Part shown: one piece after another, positions 26,883 through 35,525 of the stretch | How positions within the stretch are numbered: position 1 is the first letter of the stretch | How the letters are laid out: every line of letters starts with the position of its first letter | DNA from: Gemmatimonadota bacterium | Lineage (GTDB): Bacteria > Gemmatimonadota > Gemmatimonadetes > Gemmatimonadales > GWC2-71-9 | Direction: 5' to 3' | DNA: 64,000 bases | Assembly (NCBI GenBank): GCA_036679605.1 | Contig: JAZDCZ010000091.1 | Span: forward strand, 8,521-72,520 | The notes under the pieces: model-generated | What the model saw: the letters and a program-made list of their open reading frames with translations, nothing else | Databases searched by the model: none | Told to the model about the DNA's origin: nothing | Program-made: the position numbers and the translations under genes

Positions 26883-27278
26883 ATGCACCGAGATCGAGAA
26901 GGCTTCACGTTGATAGAGATTCTCATCGTGGTAGTCATCATTGGGATCCTTGCGGCAGTTGCCATACCAAAGTACACCAGAGTGAAGTCACAGGGATATG
27001 TTGCCACGGTTAAGAGCGACCTCAAGAACCTCTCGACCGCAGAAGAATCGTACTTTGCCGCATCCAACACCTACGCGACCTCGGCGCAACTTGCGGTTGA
27101 GAATTACTTCGCACCGTCACGCGGGGTTAATGTCACTATCTCCTCGATCACTTCCACCGGTTGGTCGGCTACTGCTACTCACGGTGGGTTCAGCGGTATG
27201 ACGGCGTGCGGAGTTTACGTTGGCACGGCGACGTCACCGGACGCGAGCTTGAATCTTGGCCAGGTGGGTTGCTGGTAG
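26883..27278 (+). CDS. Type IV pilin-like protein
   Basis: Prepilin cleavage motif G|FTLIE + hydrophobic helix; C-terminal Cys pair. Confidence 0.92.
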   Translation: MHRDREGFTLIEILIVVVIIGILAAVAIPKYTRVKSQGYVATVKSDLKNLSTAEESYFAASNTYATSAQLAVENYFAPSRGVNVTISSITSTGWSATATHGGFSGMTACGVYVGTATSPDASLNLGQVGCW

Positions 27279-27373
27279 ACGGACAGGATAGCTAGTCCCG
27301 AAAAAACCGCGCCTAGACAAACCACCCCTACGGAACGCCGCTAGCAGTCGTTAATTTATCCTGGACCGAGAAA

Positions 27374-27447
27374 CGGGGCGTGGCGCAGTCCGGTAGCGCG
27401 CCTGCTTTGGGAGCAGGAAGTCGTCGGTTCAAATCCGGCCGCCCCGA
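27374..27447 (+). tRNA. tRNA-Pro(TGG)
   Basis: Full cloverleaf; anticodon arm CCTGC-TTTGGGA-GCAGG; CCA not encoded. Confidence 0.96.
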
Positions 27448-27511
27448 CTATGCCTAACCGTTCGCATAACAACACGTTGCACGGTTGGGCGTTTTTCATG
27501 AAGATGGCCGA

Positions 27512-27534
27512 CTCAGTGAAAACCTCAGTGAAAA
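27512..27534 (+). promoter_or_regulatory. Tandem CTCAGTGAAAA, probable integrase arm sites (left)
   Basis: Two copies; same pair at 34150-34172. Confidence 0.65.
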
Positions 27535-27541
27535 TGTTCAC

Positions 27542-28759
27542 CTACTTGGCCTCTCGTAGTTCCATCGGCTCGGTCATCACCTTGTAGAGAGTGGCACCGT
27601 CCACCTGTTGATAGCACGCCCTGAGGCATGAGAGGTCGGACCAGCCACCGCCGGCCGCTACGTCGCGATCGGGTAGGTGCTTTCTTTCGGTTACCCACTT
27701 ACGGCGATACGGATGCCAGCAGCCGCCGTCCAGGTGTGGGACCTTCGCCAACTCTTCTGCTTTTTGAAGCCAGCGGGACGCCTTGTCCTTTGAGATCGGC
27801 CGCCGAGCATTACGTGGGGAAGGGAACAGGTACGCTGTCCCGAGGCCCGGCCGTACCGCTTTGATCCGGTCGATCACTGCACGCATCCGCGGGCTCATCG
27901 GTGTCAGCCACTCTTTACCCTGCTTGTCGGTATCCTGGCGCCAGTGTAGCGACCCGTGCGGTCCTTCACTCAGTCGCACGTCGGCGTATTGCAGCGAAAG
28001 CACAGCCGAGATACGGCGACCGCTGTCGTTCACAAGGTCCAATATTTCACGCAAGTAGGACGCGACCTTGAACCGGCGACCGTCCCGCCGTATCTCCATC
28101 GTCACCTCGTCGGCCTTCGCGATGACCGCCTCGTAGCGGTCCGCTGTCGCGAGCGGCCGCTTGGGGTTCTGCTCTCGCATTATCGCGTAACCGCGCATCG
28201 GGTTCTCGCGCATGAGGTAGCGGCCCTCGTCGTCCTGCCAGGTTATCGCCCAGCGAATGACACCGCGGAGCCATTCCTGGTCGCCCCCGACAGTGCGCCC
28301 CCGCACTTTATGGCGCTTAGTTGCTGTGACCGGCCGCCCTTTGGCGTCGATCGCTCCGGCCAGGCGGTCACGGGCGAACCGCTCCCACTCGCCGCGCGTC
28401 AGCTTGTGCAGGTCCTTGCCGGATCTGAGCACGCGCTCCCACATCTCACGCCGTCGCCGGTCCTCGCCTTGGGTTCGTGTGGTCCGGGTCGGGCTGTGGT
28501 GCTCCAGGTAGGCATCGAACACGCGGGCTGCATTTGGTGTGGGGGTGCCGAGCGCCTCGATCCCGAGCGCGAGCTTCGCCTGGCGATCGCGCGCCCACGC
28601 CTTTGCTCGATCGCGGCTACGGTGATTGAGGCTGTACGGTTTCCGGCCCGTCTCACGGGCGTAGATCATGCCGTTCAGCTCCTCGTACACCGTCACCCGA
28701 CAGCCGTAGGGGCCTGTCGAGTAACTCCACCGTTCTCCTCGTTTCTTCTTTCTAGCCAT
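27542..28759 (-). CDS. int: Tyrosine recombinase / integrase
   Basis: SGRRIS (R), DKQG (K), HPYRR (HxxR), GGW, CY; AGGAGGT RBS. Confidence 0.92.
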   Translation of the reverse strand: MARKKKRGERWSYSTGPYGCRVTVYEELNGMIYARETGRKPYSLNHRSRDRAKAWARDRQAKLALGIEALGTPTPNAARVFDAYLEHHSPTRTTRTQGEDRRRREMWERVLRSGKDLHKLTRGEWERFARDRLAGAIDAKGRPVTATKRHKVRGRTVGGDQEWLRGVIRWAITWQDDEGRYLMRENPMRGYAIMREQNPKRPLATADRYEAVIAKADEVTMEIRRDGRRFKVASYLREILDLVNDSGRRISAVLSLQYADVRLSEGPHGSLHWRQDTDKQGKEWLTPMSPRMRAVIDRIKAVRPGLGTAYLFPSPRNARRPISKDKASRWLQKAEELAKVPHLDGGCWHPYRRKWVTERKHLPDRDVAAGGGWSDLSCLRACYQQVDGATLYKVMTEPMELREAK

Positions 28760-28772
28760 TGCGTACCTCCTG

Positions 28773-28988
28773 CTAACTGTCCCGCTCTGCGCTTCGCTCC
28801 AGGCGCTCGGCCAGTTTAACCAGTCGCTTGGCGTGCCTTCGAAAGGCCGTGGCAAGCCGCTTCCTCGCCGCCGGGTTCGGGCTGCGCCGTTCCAGCCGCC
28901 AGCTACGTGCGGTCTCATAGGACGCTCCCGCCCACTTCGCCAGCGTGCGAAGGTTCACCGTCGCTGTGTCTAGCACTTGTCGCATCAT
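28773..28988 (-). CDS. Small HTH-like protein
   Basis: LRTLAKWAGASYETARSW...RRSP. Confidence 0.55.
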   Translation of the reverse strand: MMRQVLDTATVNLRTLAKWAGASYETARSWRLERRSPNPAARKRLATAFRRHAKRLVKLAERLERSAERDS

Positions 28989-29027
28989 CGCAGAGCCCTC
29001 GGTGTATGTACGCAATATACGGTACAG

Positions 29028-29342
29028 TTATGCTGTACGCAATGGGCGGTACACTGTGTGGCCCGGTTTGCGGGGCAGGTCACCCATCCGGACGCGGGTC
29101 GCCCCCGTCTGGGCTATGTCTCTTAACCTACCCTGCGCGATCAGGCGGCGGAGATGTTTCTCGCTGTAGCCGCTCACTTCGTGTGCCTCGCTCAACGTTA
29201 GTTCTTCTCCGTTGCGTTCGGCAAGACACGCGGCCAGCTCATCAGCGCATTTCTCCAGTGTGCCGGCCTGCGCGTCGGCACCGAACTCCCGCAGTGAATC
29301 GGCCATCGAGTGCCAGCGGTCGAGCAGCTCGTCGGGCGTCAT
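29028..29342 (-). CDS. Excisionase-like HTH protein
   Basis: LTLSEAHEVSGYSEKHLRRLI. Confidence 0.7.
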   Translation of the reverse strand: MTPDELLDRWHSMADSLREFGADAQAGTLEKCADELAACLAERNGEELTLSEAHEVSGYSEKHLRRLIAQGRLRDIAQTGATRVRMGDLPRKPGHTVYRPLRTA

Positions 29343-30559
29343 TAGAACTCACGCATTCCGGCCCGCTCGTCTTGCTCGTGTTGCCGGTTCCCGTCACGCT
29401 CTGCCCATAGAGTGCCACGATCCACCATAGAGTGCCGTGCATTTGTTTGGCAGTCTATGAAGTTGTTTGGCACCCTATGGGTTTCGGGAAACTGGAGCCA
29501 CCACCGGCCGCCCGGCCCGAAACCTTCTCGGAACGCACCACCGGCCCTTTGCGTAAGGCCAAGAGACTCCCTGGCCCGGCGATACGTGCGTTTCGAGATC
29601 CCCGCCGCCCGCACCTTCTTCCAGACCTCCTCCTCGGGTCTCTTACCGTCGGCCAGCGCGTCGTCTATCACGTCTTTGGCTTCTTCTATCTGGCTCCGCT
29701 CCTCAGCCGTTATCGCTGTGACCAGTTCGTCCGCCGAAACATCGACCGACCCCTTCCACTCAACGCGGCTGCTACCCTCGGGAGCGTCCGTGATCTGGTA
29801 CGCTAAAGACACTGCTTTCGCGGCGACGTTGCACTTAATCACGGCCAGGACCCGGCGGCTTTCGTCGGTTGGGTCCTCGCTAGCCAACAGGACCACACGA
29901 GCGGCGGCCGTGAACGCGATCGACGCACCGCCCCGATATATCGCCTTGCCACCGCCTTGTTTATTGAGGTGTCGGATACAGAGAATAGTGCAGCGCGTCT
30001 CCTCAGCCAGCCGAGCCAGCTGCTTTAGGGCGCGGCGTATGTCGTGATCTCGGTACGTATCAAACTCACCGCCCAAATAGGCCGTGAATGGGTCTAGGAC
30101 AAGCAGCCTGATGTCGTTCTCTACAATCACTGCTTGCAGGCGTTGCAGATCCTGCGGGACACTTACATCCCGTTCGTGGCCGTCTGACTCTTTGACTGTG
30201 AAAAGAAAGAACCGAGAGGGGTCGCCGTCCATCGCGTCGAAGCGGCGGCGGATTGTGTCTGCAATCCCGTCCTCGGCGGTCAAGTACGCCACAGTTCCTG
30301 GAAACCCCGAGGCATCGTCCGGCCACGTTCGACCTATGGTAAGTCGCGCACACCAGTCTAAACAGAGATGCGACTTTCCTGTGGAGGGATCGCCGTCCAG
30401 CCACACCAGCTTGCCGACCGGGAGCCGGCCGGGCCAAAGCCAAGTAACATCCTCGGGCTCGAATTCCGAGAGTCGGCGGGAAACGATACAACCATCACCA
30501 TTCTTCTTCGGATCATCCATCGCAGCGATGACCCGTTGCAACTCAGCGCGATCTGTCAT
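29342..30559 (-). CDS. RepA/AAA_25-type replicative helicase
   Basis: WLWPGR, Walker A GDPSTGKS, AED, LLVLDP, RHLNK. Confidence 0.9.
   Translation of the reverse strand: MTDRAELQRVIAAMDDPKKNGDGCIVSRRLSEFEPEDVTWLWPGRLPVGKLVWLDGDPSTGKSHLCLDWCARLTIGRTWPDDASGFPGTVAYLTAEDGIADTIRRRFDAMDGDPSRFFLFTVKESDGHERDVSVPQDLQRLQAVIVENDIRLLVLDPFTAYLGGEFDTYRDHDIRRALKQLARLAEETRCTILCIRHLNKQGGGKAIYRGGASIAFTAAARVVLLASEDPTDESRRVLAVIKCNVAAKAVSLAYQITDAPEGSSRVEWKGSVDVSADELVTAITAEERSQIEEAKDVIDDALADGKRPEEEVWKKVRAAGISKRTYRRARESLGLTQRAGGAFREGFGPGGRWWLQFPETHRVPNNFIDCQTNARHSMVDRGTLWAERDGNRQHEQDERAGMREF
29405..29480. repeat. Four 12-bp iteron-like repeats (putative origin)
   Basis: CCATAGAGTGCC at 29405 and 29425; inverted variants at 29449 and 29469. 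Confidence 0.6.
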
Positions 30560-30816
30560 GCAACCCCCTTCAGGGCGCTACGTAGGATGTCGCGTGCCTC
30601 CCGTAGATACTGTTTCGCCGTTTCCGATAAGCCGTTCTGCTCCGCTTCGATCGCGTTCATTTCGGCGCAGGCTGCGCGCCATAGGGCATCAAACCGATAC
30701 CGCCGCTCGTCAGCGTAGCGTCTGCGCCAGGCAGCAAGAGCAGGGTATGACCTCAACTTCCGGCGGCCACCTGCCAATAGGGAGGCTTGCTCGATCGCCA
30801 TCGTGTTGCGCTGCAC
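30556..30816 (-). CDS. Hypothetical protein
   Basis: Overlaps helicase start; operonic. Confidence 0.55.
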   Translation of the reverse strand: MQRNTMAIEQASLLAGGRRKLRSYPALAAWRRRYADERRYRFDALWRAACAEMNAIEAEQNGLSETAKQYLREARDILRSALKGVA

Positions 30817-31020
30817 TCAGCGCCTCAAGCCGGGTTCCAGTTTGACGTGCTCATGGCGAGCTGTAAGGCGCAGAACATCTTCACGTGCAACGTACCAGTG
30901 TCCGTCTAGGCGTTTGCCACACACATCGCCCACCAAGACTTTTCGGAGCAGCACACCGTACGACACCCGAGCTTCTGCCGCCCCGACGGTAAGAGGAATC
31001 CAGACTATTGCCTTTGACAT
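30817..31020 (-). CDS. Small DNA-binding protein (xis/AlpA-like)
   Basis: First gene of the leftward operon; GKRLDGHWYV. Confidence 0.5.
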   Translation of the reverse strand: MSKAIVWIPLTVGAAEARVSYGVLLRKVLVGDVCGKRLDGHWYVAREDVLRLTARHEHVKLEPGLRR

Positions 31021-31097
31021 TTCTTTCTTTCTCTTGCGTTCCCGCAAATCTTAGTCGATGTTGCCTAAGTCATTAAAGTGGCCAAAGGAGATCTCCA

Positions 31098-31865
31098 GTG
31101 ACTAACCGACGGGCTTCCGTAGCTGAGCGAGTGCGGGTAACGCAAGAATTCCGCTCGCTGGTCAAGCGGCTAAGAGATCACTTTGGAAGTGCCAACCGGG
31201 CTGCAGTCGATTTTGCGCAGCACGCCCGGAAACAGGGTTGCTTCCTCGGTGTGATTGACCTTGCCGTATCGCAAGCGACACTGTCGAGAATTGCACGCGG
31301 CGCTGTCCAGGAGGTTCAGTGGCAGACCTTCATGGCCCTGAAGGAGCATGGAAGGCGCTGCGGGATCGGAGAACGGGGCGAGTGGCAGGCCGCTGTGTAC
31401 TCGCCAGCAGCACGAAGAGCATTCGACGATTATTACGAGTGGCTTAACGACGAGCGCTGGCGAATAGAACCAACGGGGACGGACCTGAAGAAGCTGCGCC
31501 AACAGCTACGCGAGTGGGACGACGGCGATAAATCGGCGTGGAGACAAATCCTGGAGTTCCGAGAGTGGCTAGGGCGAACACACCCTACACGAGGTGCGAC
31601 CCGCATTAGACATCGTTTCGCGGAACTGCGTGCACTGGAACCTCTGCTACTAGGGGACCGGGCCGGTGGAATGGAATTGACGGCGGAGGAACTGCAGGCG
31701 TCAGGCAAGCTGAACGCCTTCGTTAAGGCGGCACTGGAGCGGGAGCGGTTGATCTTGGAACGTGAGCGCGACGAGCGGCGGGCACAGACGCTAAACCCAC
31801 ACCCACCCGAGAGCTATGACATACCAACTTACAAAGCGACGAAGCGCAAGCGGCGGAGTATGTAG
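31098..31865 (+). CDS. Hypothetical regulator divergent from the replication operon
   Basis: AGGAG RBS; VSQATLSRIARG HTH-like segment. Confidence 0.6.
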   Translation: MTNRRASVAERVRVTQEFRSLVKRLRDHFGSANRAAVDFAQHARKQGCFLGVIDLAVSQATLSRIARGAVQEVQWQTFMALKEHGRRCGIGERGEWQAAVYSPAARRAFDDYYEWLNDERWRIEPTGTDLKKLRQQLREWDDGDKSAWRQILEFREWLGRTHPTRGATRIRHRFAELRALEPLLLGDRAGGMELTAEELQASGKLNAFVKAALERERLILERERDERRAQTLNPHPPESYDIPTYKATKRKRRSM

Positions 31866-31981
31866 GTCATTGGTGAAACTGCATTCCTGACCTAGCTCCC
31901 ACGCCCAATCTCGGGACAGCCTCCTACTTTCGTACGCCGAGGGGCGAGATCGGTCTTCAAGTAGGAGAATGTTGTTGTGAG

Positions 31982-32632
31982 CTACGGCTCGGTTTCCTCT
32001 TGGCAAGACGCTCCGGCTAAACACAAGAATCTCGCTGCGTTGCCGTCCTGATCGGGCGCGTTCCATGTGACGCGAGTTGGGGCGCTCGAACCAAGCAGGG
32101 TGACTGTCCAGGTCAAAGCACCTGCTTGCTGCCACTGCTGGCCGCCTGAGAAGATGAGGTTACCGAACCCCGGACCCTCGGCGAATGCGGTCACGCTGGA
32201 CTGGTCAATACTGGCACCGCCTCGCAGATCGCCGATTGTGACCACCATGATCTCGGACGACGTGGCGAACCATGAAAGGGCTTGCACCCACGGTGCAAGC
32301 CGCCGCAGTTGAACATCCAACGTTTGGTTGCTGCTTAACTGAACGGACCTCGTGTACAGTTCATATCCGACGGGACCTACAGTGAGCGTGACGGTGCCCT
32401 CGTCGAGCGTCACCGCGTAGCGGCCAAGCGCATCAGTCGTATCGCTCTTGCTGCCAACGGACACCACGACGCCAGCGAGAACCTTGCCGAGCACGGAATC
32501 TTCTACCACGCCGCTGATAGTGTATTGCTGAGGGCTTGTTGGTTCGCTACTGCCGCCGGGGTCGGTAGCGCCGTCGCCACACGCGGAGATGATAAGCATT
32601 ACGGATAGGACGGGCAGGCGTCGCGCAGACAT
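31982..32632 (-). CDS. Lipoprotein with carboxypeptidase-regulatory-like domain
   Basis: Lipobox ISAC; ISGVVED, TTDALGRY. Confidence 0.72.
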   Translation of the reverse strand: MSARRLPVLSVMLIISACGDGATDPGGSSEPTSPQQYTISGVVEDSVLGKVLAGVVVSVGSKSDTTDALGRYAVTLDEGTVTLTVGPVGYELYTRSVQLSSNQTLDVQLRRLAPWVQALSWFATSSEIMVVTIGDLRGGASIDQSSVTAFAEGPGFGNLIFSGGQQWQQAGALTWTVTLLGSSAPTRVTWNAPDQDGNAARFLCLAGASCQEETEP

Positions 32633-32738
32633 GGTTAGCTCTCTTCGGAGATTGTAACGGTTGATCGTGCGGAGCCTCTCCCACGACGCATCAGTTGCGA
32701 GCGTCGAACTCGGCGGCTCGCAGCCTTTCGAGTCGGGT

Positions 32739-33152
32739 TCATCGCCTAGGGTACGCCTTCTTCGTGACAGCCTGACCCGCAACTTCTACAGAGGTGTCGA
32801 GAAACGTGACTACGATTGCGTCTCTAGGGCACCCGTTCCGGCACATGCTGGCGTTGACGGTGAACGCTATCGCTATCTCCTGCCCAACCCGCGCATCGGG
32901 ATAGACGAATAATGTATCTGAGATCCCAATCTTGCGGATACGTAACGTTCCGACACCCCACGTCTCTAGCTCCTTCATTGCTGGCTTGAGCCAAAAGGAG
33001 CCATGTCCCCTCACCCAAATCTCGGCGCGTGCTGCGAGAGGGCGGGAACTTGTTTCGTCCAGAACGACGACTCGCACGGCTTGTGCGGCGGCGACCCGAA
33101 CAGACACAAGAATCAGGATGACGAACGTGAGCAGTGTCTTCGATTTCAGCAT
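32739..33152 (-). CDS. Hypothetical secreted protein
   Basis: Signal peptide ending AAA-Q. Confidence 0.6.
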   Translation of the reverse strand: MLKSKTLLTFVILILVSVRVAAAQAVRVVVLDETSSRPLAARAEIWVRGHGSFWLKPAMKELETWGVGTLRIRKIGISDTLFVYPDARVGQEIAIAFTVNASMCRNGCPRDAIVVTFLDTSVEVAGQAVTKKAYPRR

Positions 33153-33247
33153 GAGACCTTCCGGGCCATATGTTTGAATAACCGCCCACAAGTATCACAC
33201 TCATAGTGTGTAGACGCCAGGGCCGGTGAAGCTTTCCTTCCCGTTCT

Positions 33248-33493
33248 ATGGGCACGCGCTTATGGCTGCGGATTCTCGGGAGCAACGTCCGCCGGTTGCG
33301 GACAAGGAAGGGACTATCGCAGGAGGCTCTCGCCAGCCGATCCAAGTCTCACCGGAATTACATTGGGGGCGTCGAGCGAGGGGAGAGAAATCTCACCGCC
33401 AGCAAGATCGTCGCGATTGCTCTCGCGCTCGACTGCACCGTTGCGCAACTCTTCCGAGGGCTGAACCCGAACGATCTCCGCCGCGATGCCTGA
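33248..33493 (+). CDS. XRE-family HTH regulator
   Basis: GLSQEALA...HRNYIGGVERGERN. Confidence 0.88.
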   Translation: MGTRLWLRILGSNVRRLRTRKGLSQEALASRSKSHRNYIGGVERGERNLTASKIVAIALALDCTVAQLFRGLNPNDLRRDA

Positions 33494-33645
33494 AATTCTA
33501 CTGAACGGAGTGCCTGTCGCACCGCCGATCAACAGGCGCTCGTCCGTACGGATACCGTCGTCCAGGTGGCGTCTTGGATGGCTCAGTCTGAAGCTCAGCT
33601 GAAGCTCAGCTAATGGCTCAGTAATGACGGGAATGGATAAGATTT

Positions 33646-33987
33646 CTAAAGAGAACGATTGTATCCGGCGGGCTCAGTGGTGCCAAGCACCTCCGCGTAG
33701 AACCTCATTGGATCTTCTTTGCACCGTGATTGATAACTGCGAATCCACACCTGGACGGCCCGCACGGACGCGCTTCCCTGATTGGCTGTGAGCAGTCCGC
33801 TGGCGATCCAGACATTGAGCTTGTCCAGCCGCCGCATGGCATCGTCGATGGTTGCCAGCGGTCCTAGCTCCGTCTCAACGCGGGCCAGCGTCAAACGACC
33901 CTTGCCAGCCGCCTCGGCCCTGTGCGCCTGCTCAGGCGTCAGCACGCCAACCCCCTGCGACGCACGCCCCACGCACCACTTTCGCAC
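33646..33987 (-). CDS. Hypothetical protein
   Basis: ORF only; start uncertain. Confidence 0.4.
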   Translation of the reverse strand: MRKWCVGRASQGVGVLTPEQAHRAEAAGKGRLTLARVETELGPLATIDDAMRRLDKLNVWIASGLLTANQGSASVRAVQVWIRSYQSRCKEDPMRFYAEVLGTTEPAGYNRSL

Positions 33988-34149
33988 CAGGATGCACCGA
34001 GATATTGACTGAGCCGACGGACGGCGGCAACTGTAACCGTTGACTGCATAACACCTTGTCTATCCTGACGGCTCCTGCTCAAGTAGCAGACGCCAACACA
34101 AACCACATGCGCGCGGAGCAGGGCAGGGAGGGAAAACATTTTCGGGGGC

Positions 34150-34172
34150 CTCAGTGAAAATCTCAGTGAACA
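34150..34172 (+). promoter_or_regulatory. Tandem CTCAGTGAA(A/C)A, probable integrase arm sites (right)
   Basis: Matches 27512-27534. Confidence 0.65.
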
Positions 34173-34310
34173 ATCACTGCGCAGCATGCGGAAGTGCTTT
34201 TGGGGTGATCTGTGGGAAAGGTTGTGAGCGTCGGCGCAAGTTGAGCCAGCACCAAGAGATAACCGCTCAACCTGTACCCCTACTGCGTCTAGCTTGCTAC
34301 CTGTAAGCGC

Positions 34311-34356
34311 GCTTTGGGAGCAGGAAGTCGTCGGTTCAAATCCGGCCGCCCCGACT
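34311..34356 (+). repeat. attR: 3' 46 bp of tRNA-Pro
   Basis: Identical to 27404-27449. Confidence 0.93.
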
Positions 34357-34410
34357 GCACGAACGCGGATTTTGCCGCGTTCGATTTCGGCGGTACGCCC
34401 GTTCTTGTCG

Positions 34411-34466
34411 CCGCCACTCGCCTTTCGGCTCGTGGCATTACCGTTCCAAATCCGGCCGCCCCGACT
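34411..34466 (+). repeat. Hairpin + tRNA-Pro 3' fragment, repeated at 40257-40312
   Basis: CCGCCACTCGCCTTTCGGCTCGTGGCATTACCGTT-CAAATCCGGCCGCCCCGACT. Confidence 0.85.
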
Positions 34467-34479
34467 CTGTAAGACTAAT

Positions 34480-34512
34480 CCCAGGTGATGGTTACAACGG
34501 CCTGGGTTTTTT
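34480..34512 (+). terminator. Putative terminator
   Basis: CCCAGG...CCTGGG-TTTTTT. Confidence 0.55.
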
Positions 34513-34659
34513 CGTTATGGGGAGTGGGGTGAACACCTTCTGGGGGGGGGTCTCGCAGGATGTGCAGGTACGGTCAGGTGCGGTCATGACCTAGCGAATA
34601 TGCAGCCAGGCTCCGTGGCGTCAAACGCTCAGAACTGTCTCGCGCCATTTAAGGTAGGT

Positions 34660-34741
34660 GCTGGCCACCCGAGCTTCGGCACTGCATCTTAGCTCCATGA
34701 CCGAGATCACGTCCAAGCTCTCGACTGCCCTCGCGGATCGC
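34660..34741 (+). pseudogene. Stub copy of kinase leader + first 15 codons
   Basis: Matches 35489-35570 (MTEITSKLSTALADR). Confidence 0.8.
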
Positions 34742-34835
34742 CCGGATCGAACGCCACGAGGAAGGGGAAGAAAGCAAGTTCCGCTGACGATGCTCAGCTT
34801 CACCCAAGACTGTTGAGAGTTCTGAATAGCTGTTC

Positions 34836-35267
34836 TTGATGAATTCATTTTATTTCAAAACATTCGCCCGCCTCGCCTTGCTGCCTTATATAGGCGGTAC
34901 CGTGATTCATATCCTCCGCCTTATTTACAACCTGCCAATCGATGAAATTCCGTTTGAGGCTGACTGGCTGGTGGTGATAGTCGGAGGCTATGCTGGTTTA
35001 GGACTGATTATTTACGCCAATAGAATACCGTTCCAGAATTTATTCGATAAGATTATTTATGGGTTGCTGATCTTTCATCTCGATGGCTCGGTAATCCTAC
35101 ACGCATATATATTATGGGTAGGAAGCCATGAGGTCCTTAACGTCTTTTCCTACGGGTACAGTTTTTTTGCTGTGGCGTATTTCATGGGATTTGGTTTTTA
35201 CGTACTTAGCCTGAATAAACGCTTGTATCGCAAACAGTGCGATCTGATAAATGATCAAATTCACTAA
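34836..35267 (+). CDS. Hypothetical 4-TM membrane protein, AT-rich
   Basis: Four hydrophobic segments; visibly lower GC than flanks. Confidence 0.7.
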   Translation: MMNSFYFKTFARLALLPYIGGTVIHILRLIYNLPIDEIPFEADWLVVIVGGYAGLGLIIYANRIPFQNLFDKIIYGLLIFHLDGSVILHAYILWVGSHEVLNVFSYGYSFFAVAYFMGFGFYVLSLNKRLYRKQCDLINDQIH

Positions 35268-35525
35268 CGTGAATGTTTTACAGAGCCTTAACCTCAAAAA
35301 GACCGTTCGCTGAAGTGCGTAAGCGAGCGTCCCAGCGGGCAGTCGGGGCTTTCGCTTTCTCGCCGCAACTGCATAGTTGCATAGGTTGATGTCTGTCTCG
35401 TTAGCGAGAGCAACACACTCACATTCTCTGGCTATCGGGCGTTGAAGGACCTCAGCAACCTATGCAACTCGGTACGTATGAGCTGGGAGCTGGCCACTTG
35501 AGCTTCGGCACTGCATCTTAGCCCC

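Larger units (their letters stand above)
27404..34356. mobile_element. ~6.9-kb integrated satellite-like element (PICI/IME-like) in tRNA-Pro
   Basis: 46-bp direct repeat 27404-27449 / 34311-34356; integrase next to the tRNA; helicase and HTH genes. Confidence 0.9.

Noticed and set aside
27542..28759. This integrase as the recombinase of the Rhs/TA array
   Set aside because: It has its own att and arm sites at tRNA-Pro with no similarity to the array site
34300..34356. Second intact tRNA-Pro
   Set aside because: Lacks the 5' acceptor strand and D-arm; it is the att duplication
27404..34356. Complete prophage
   Set aside because: Only 6.9 kb; no structural or lysis genes
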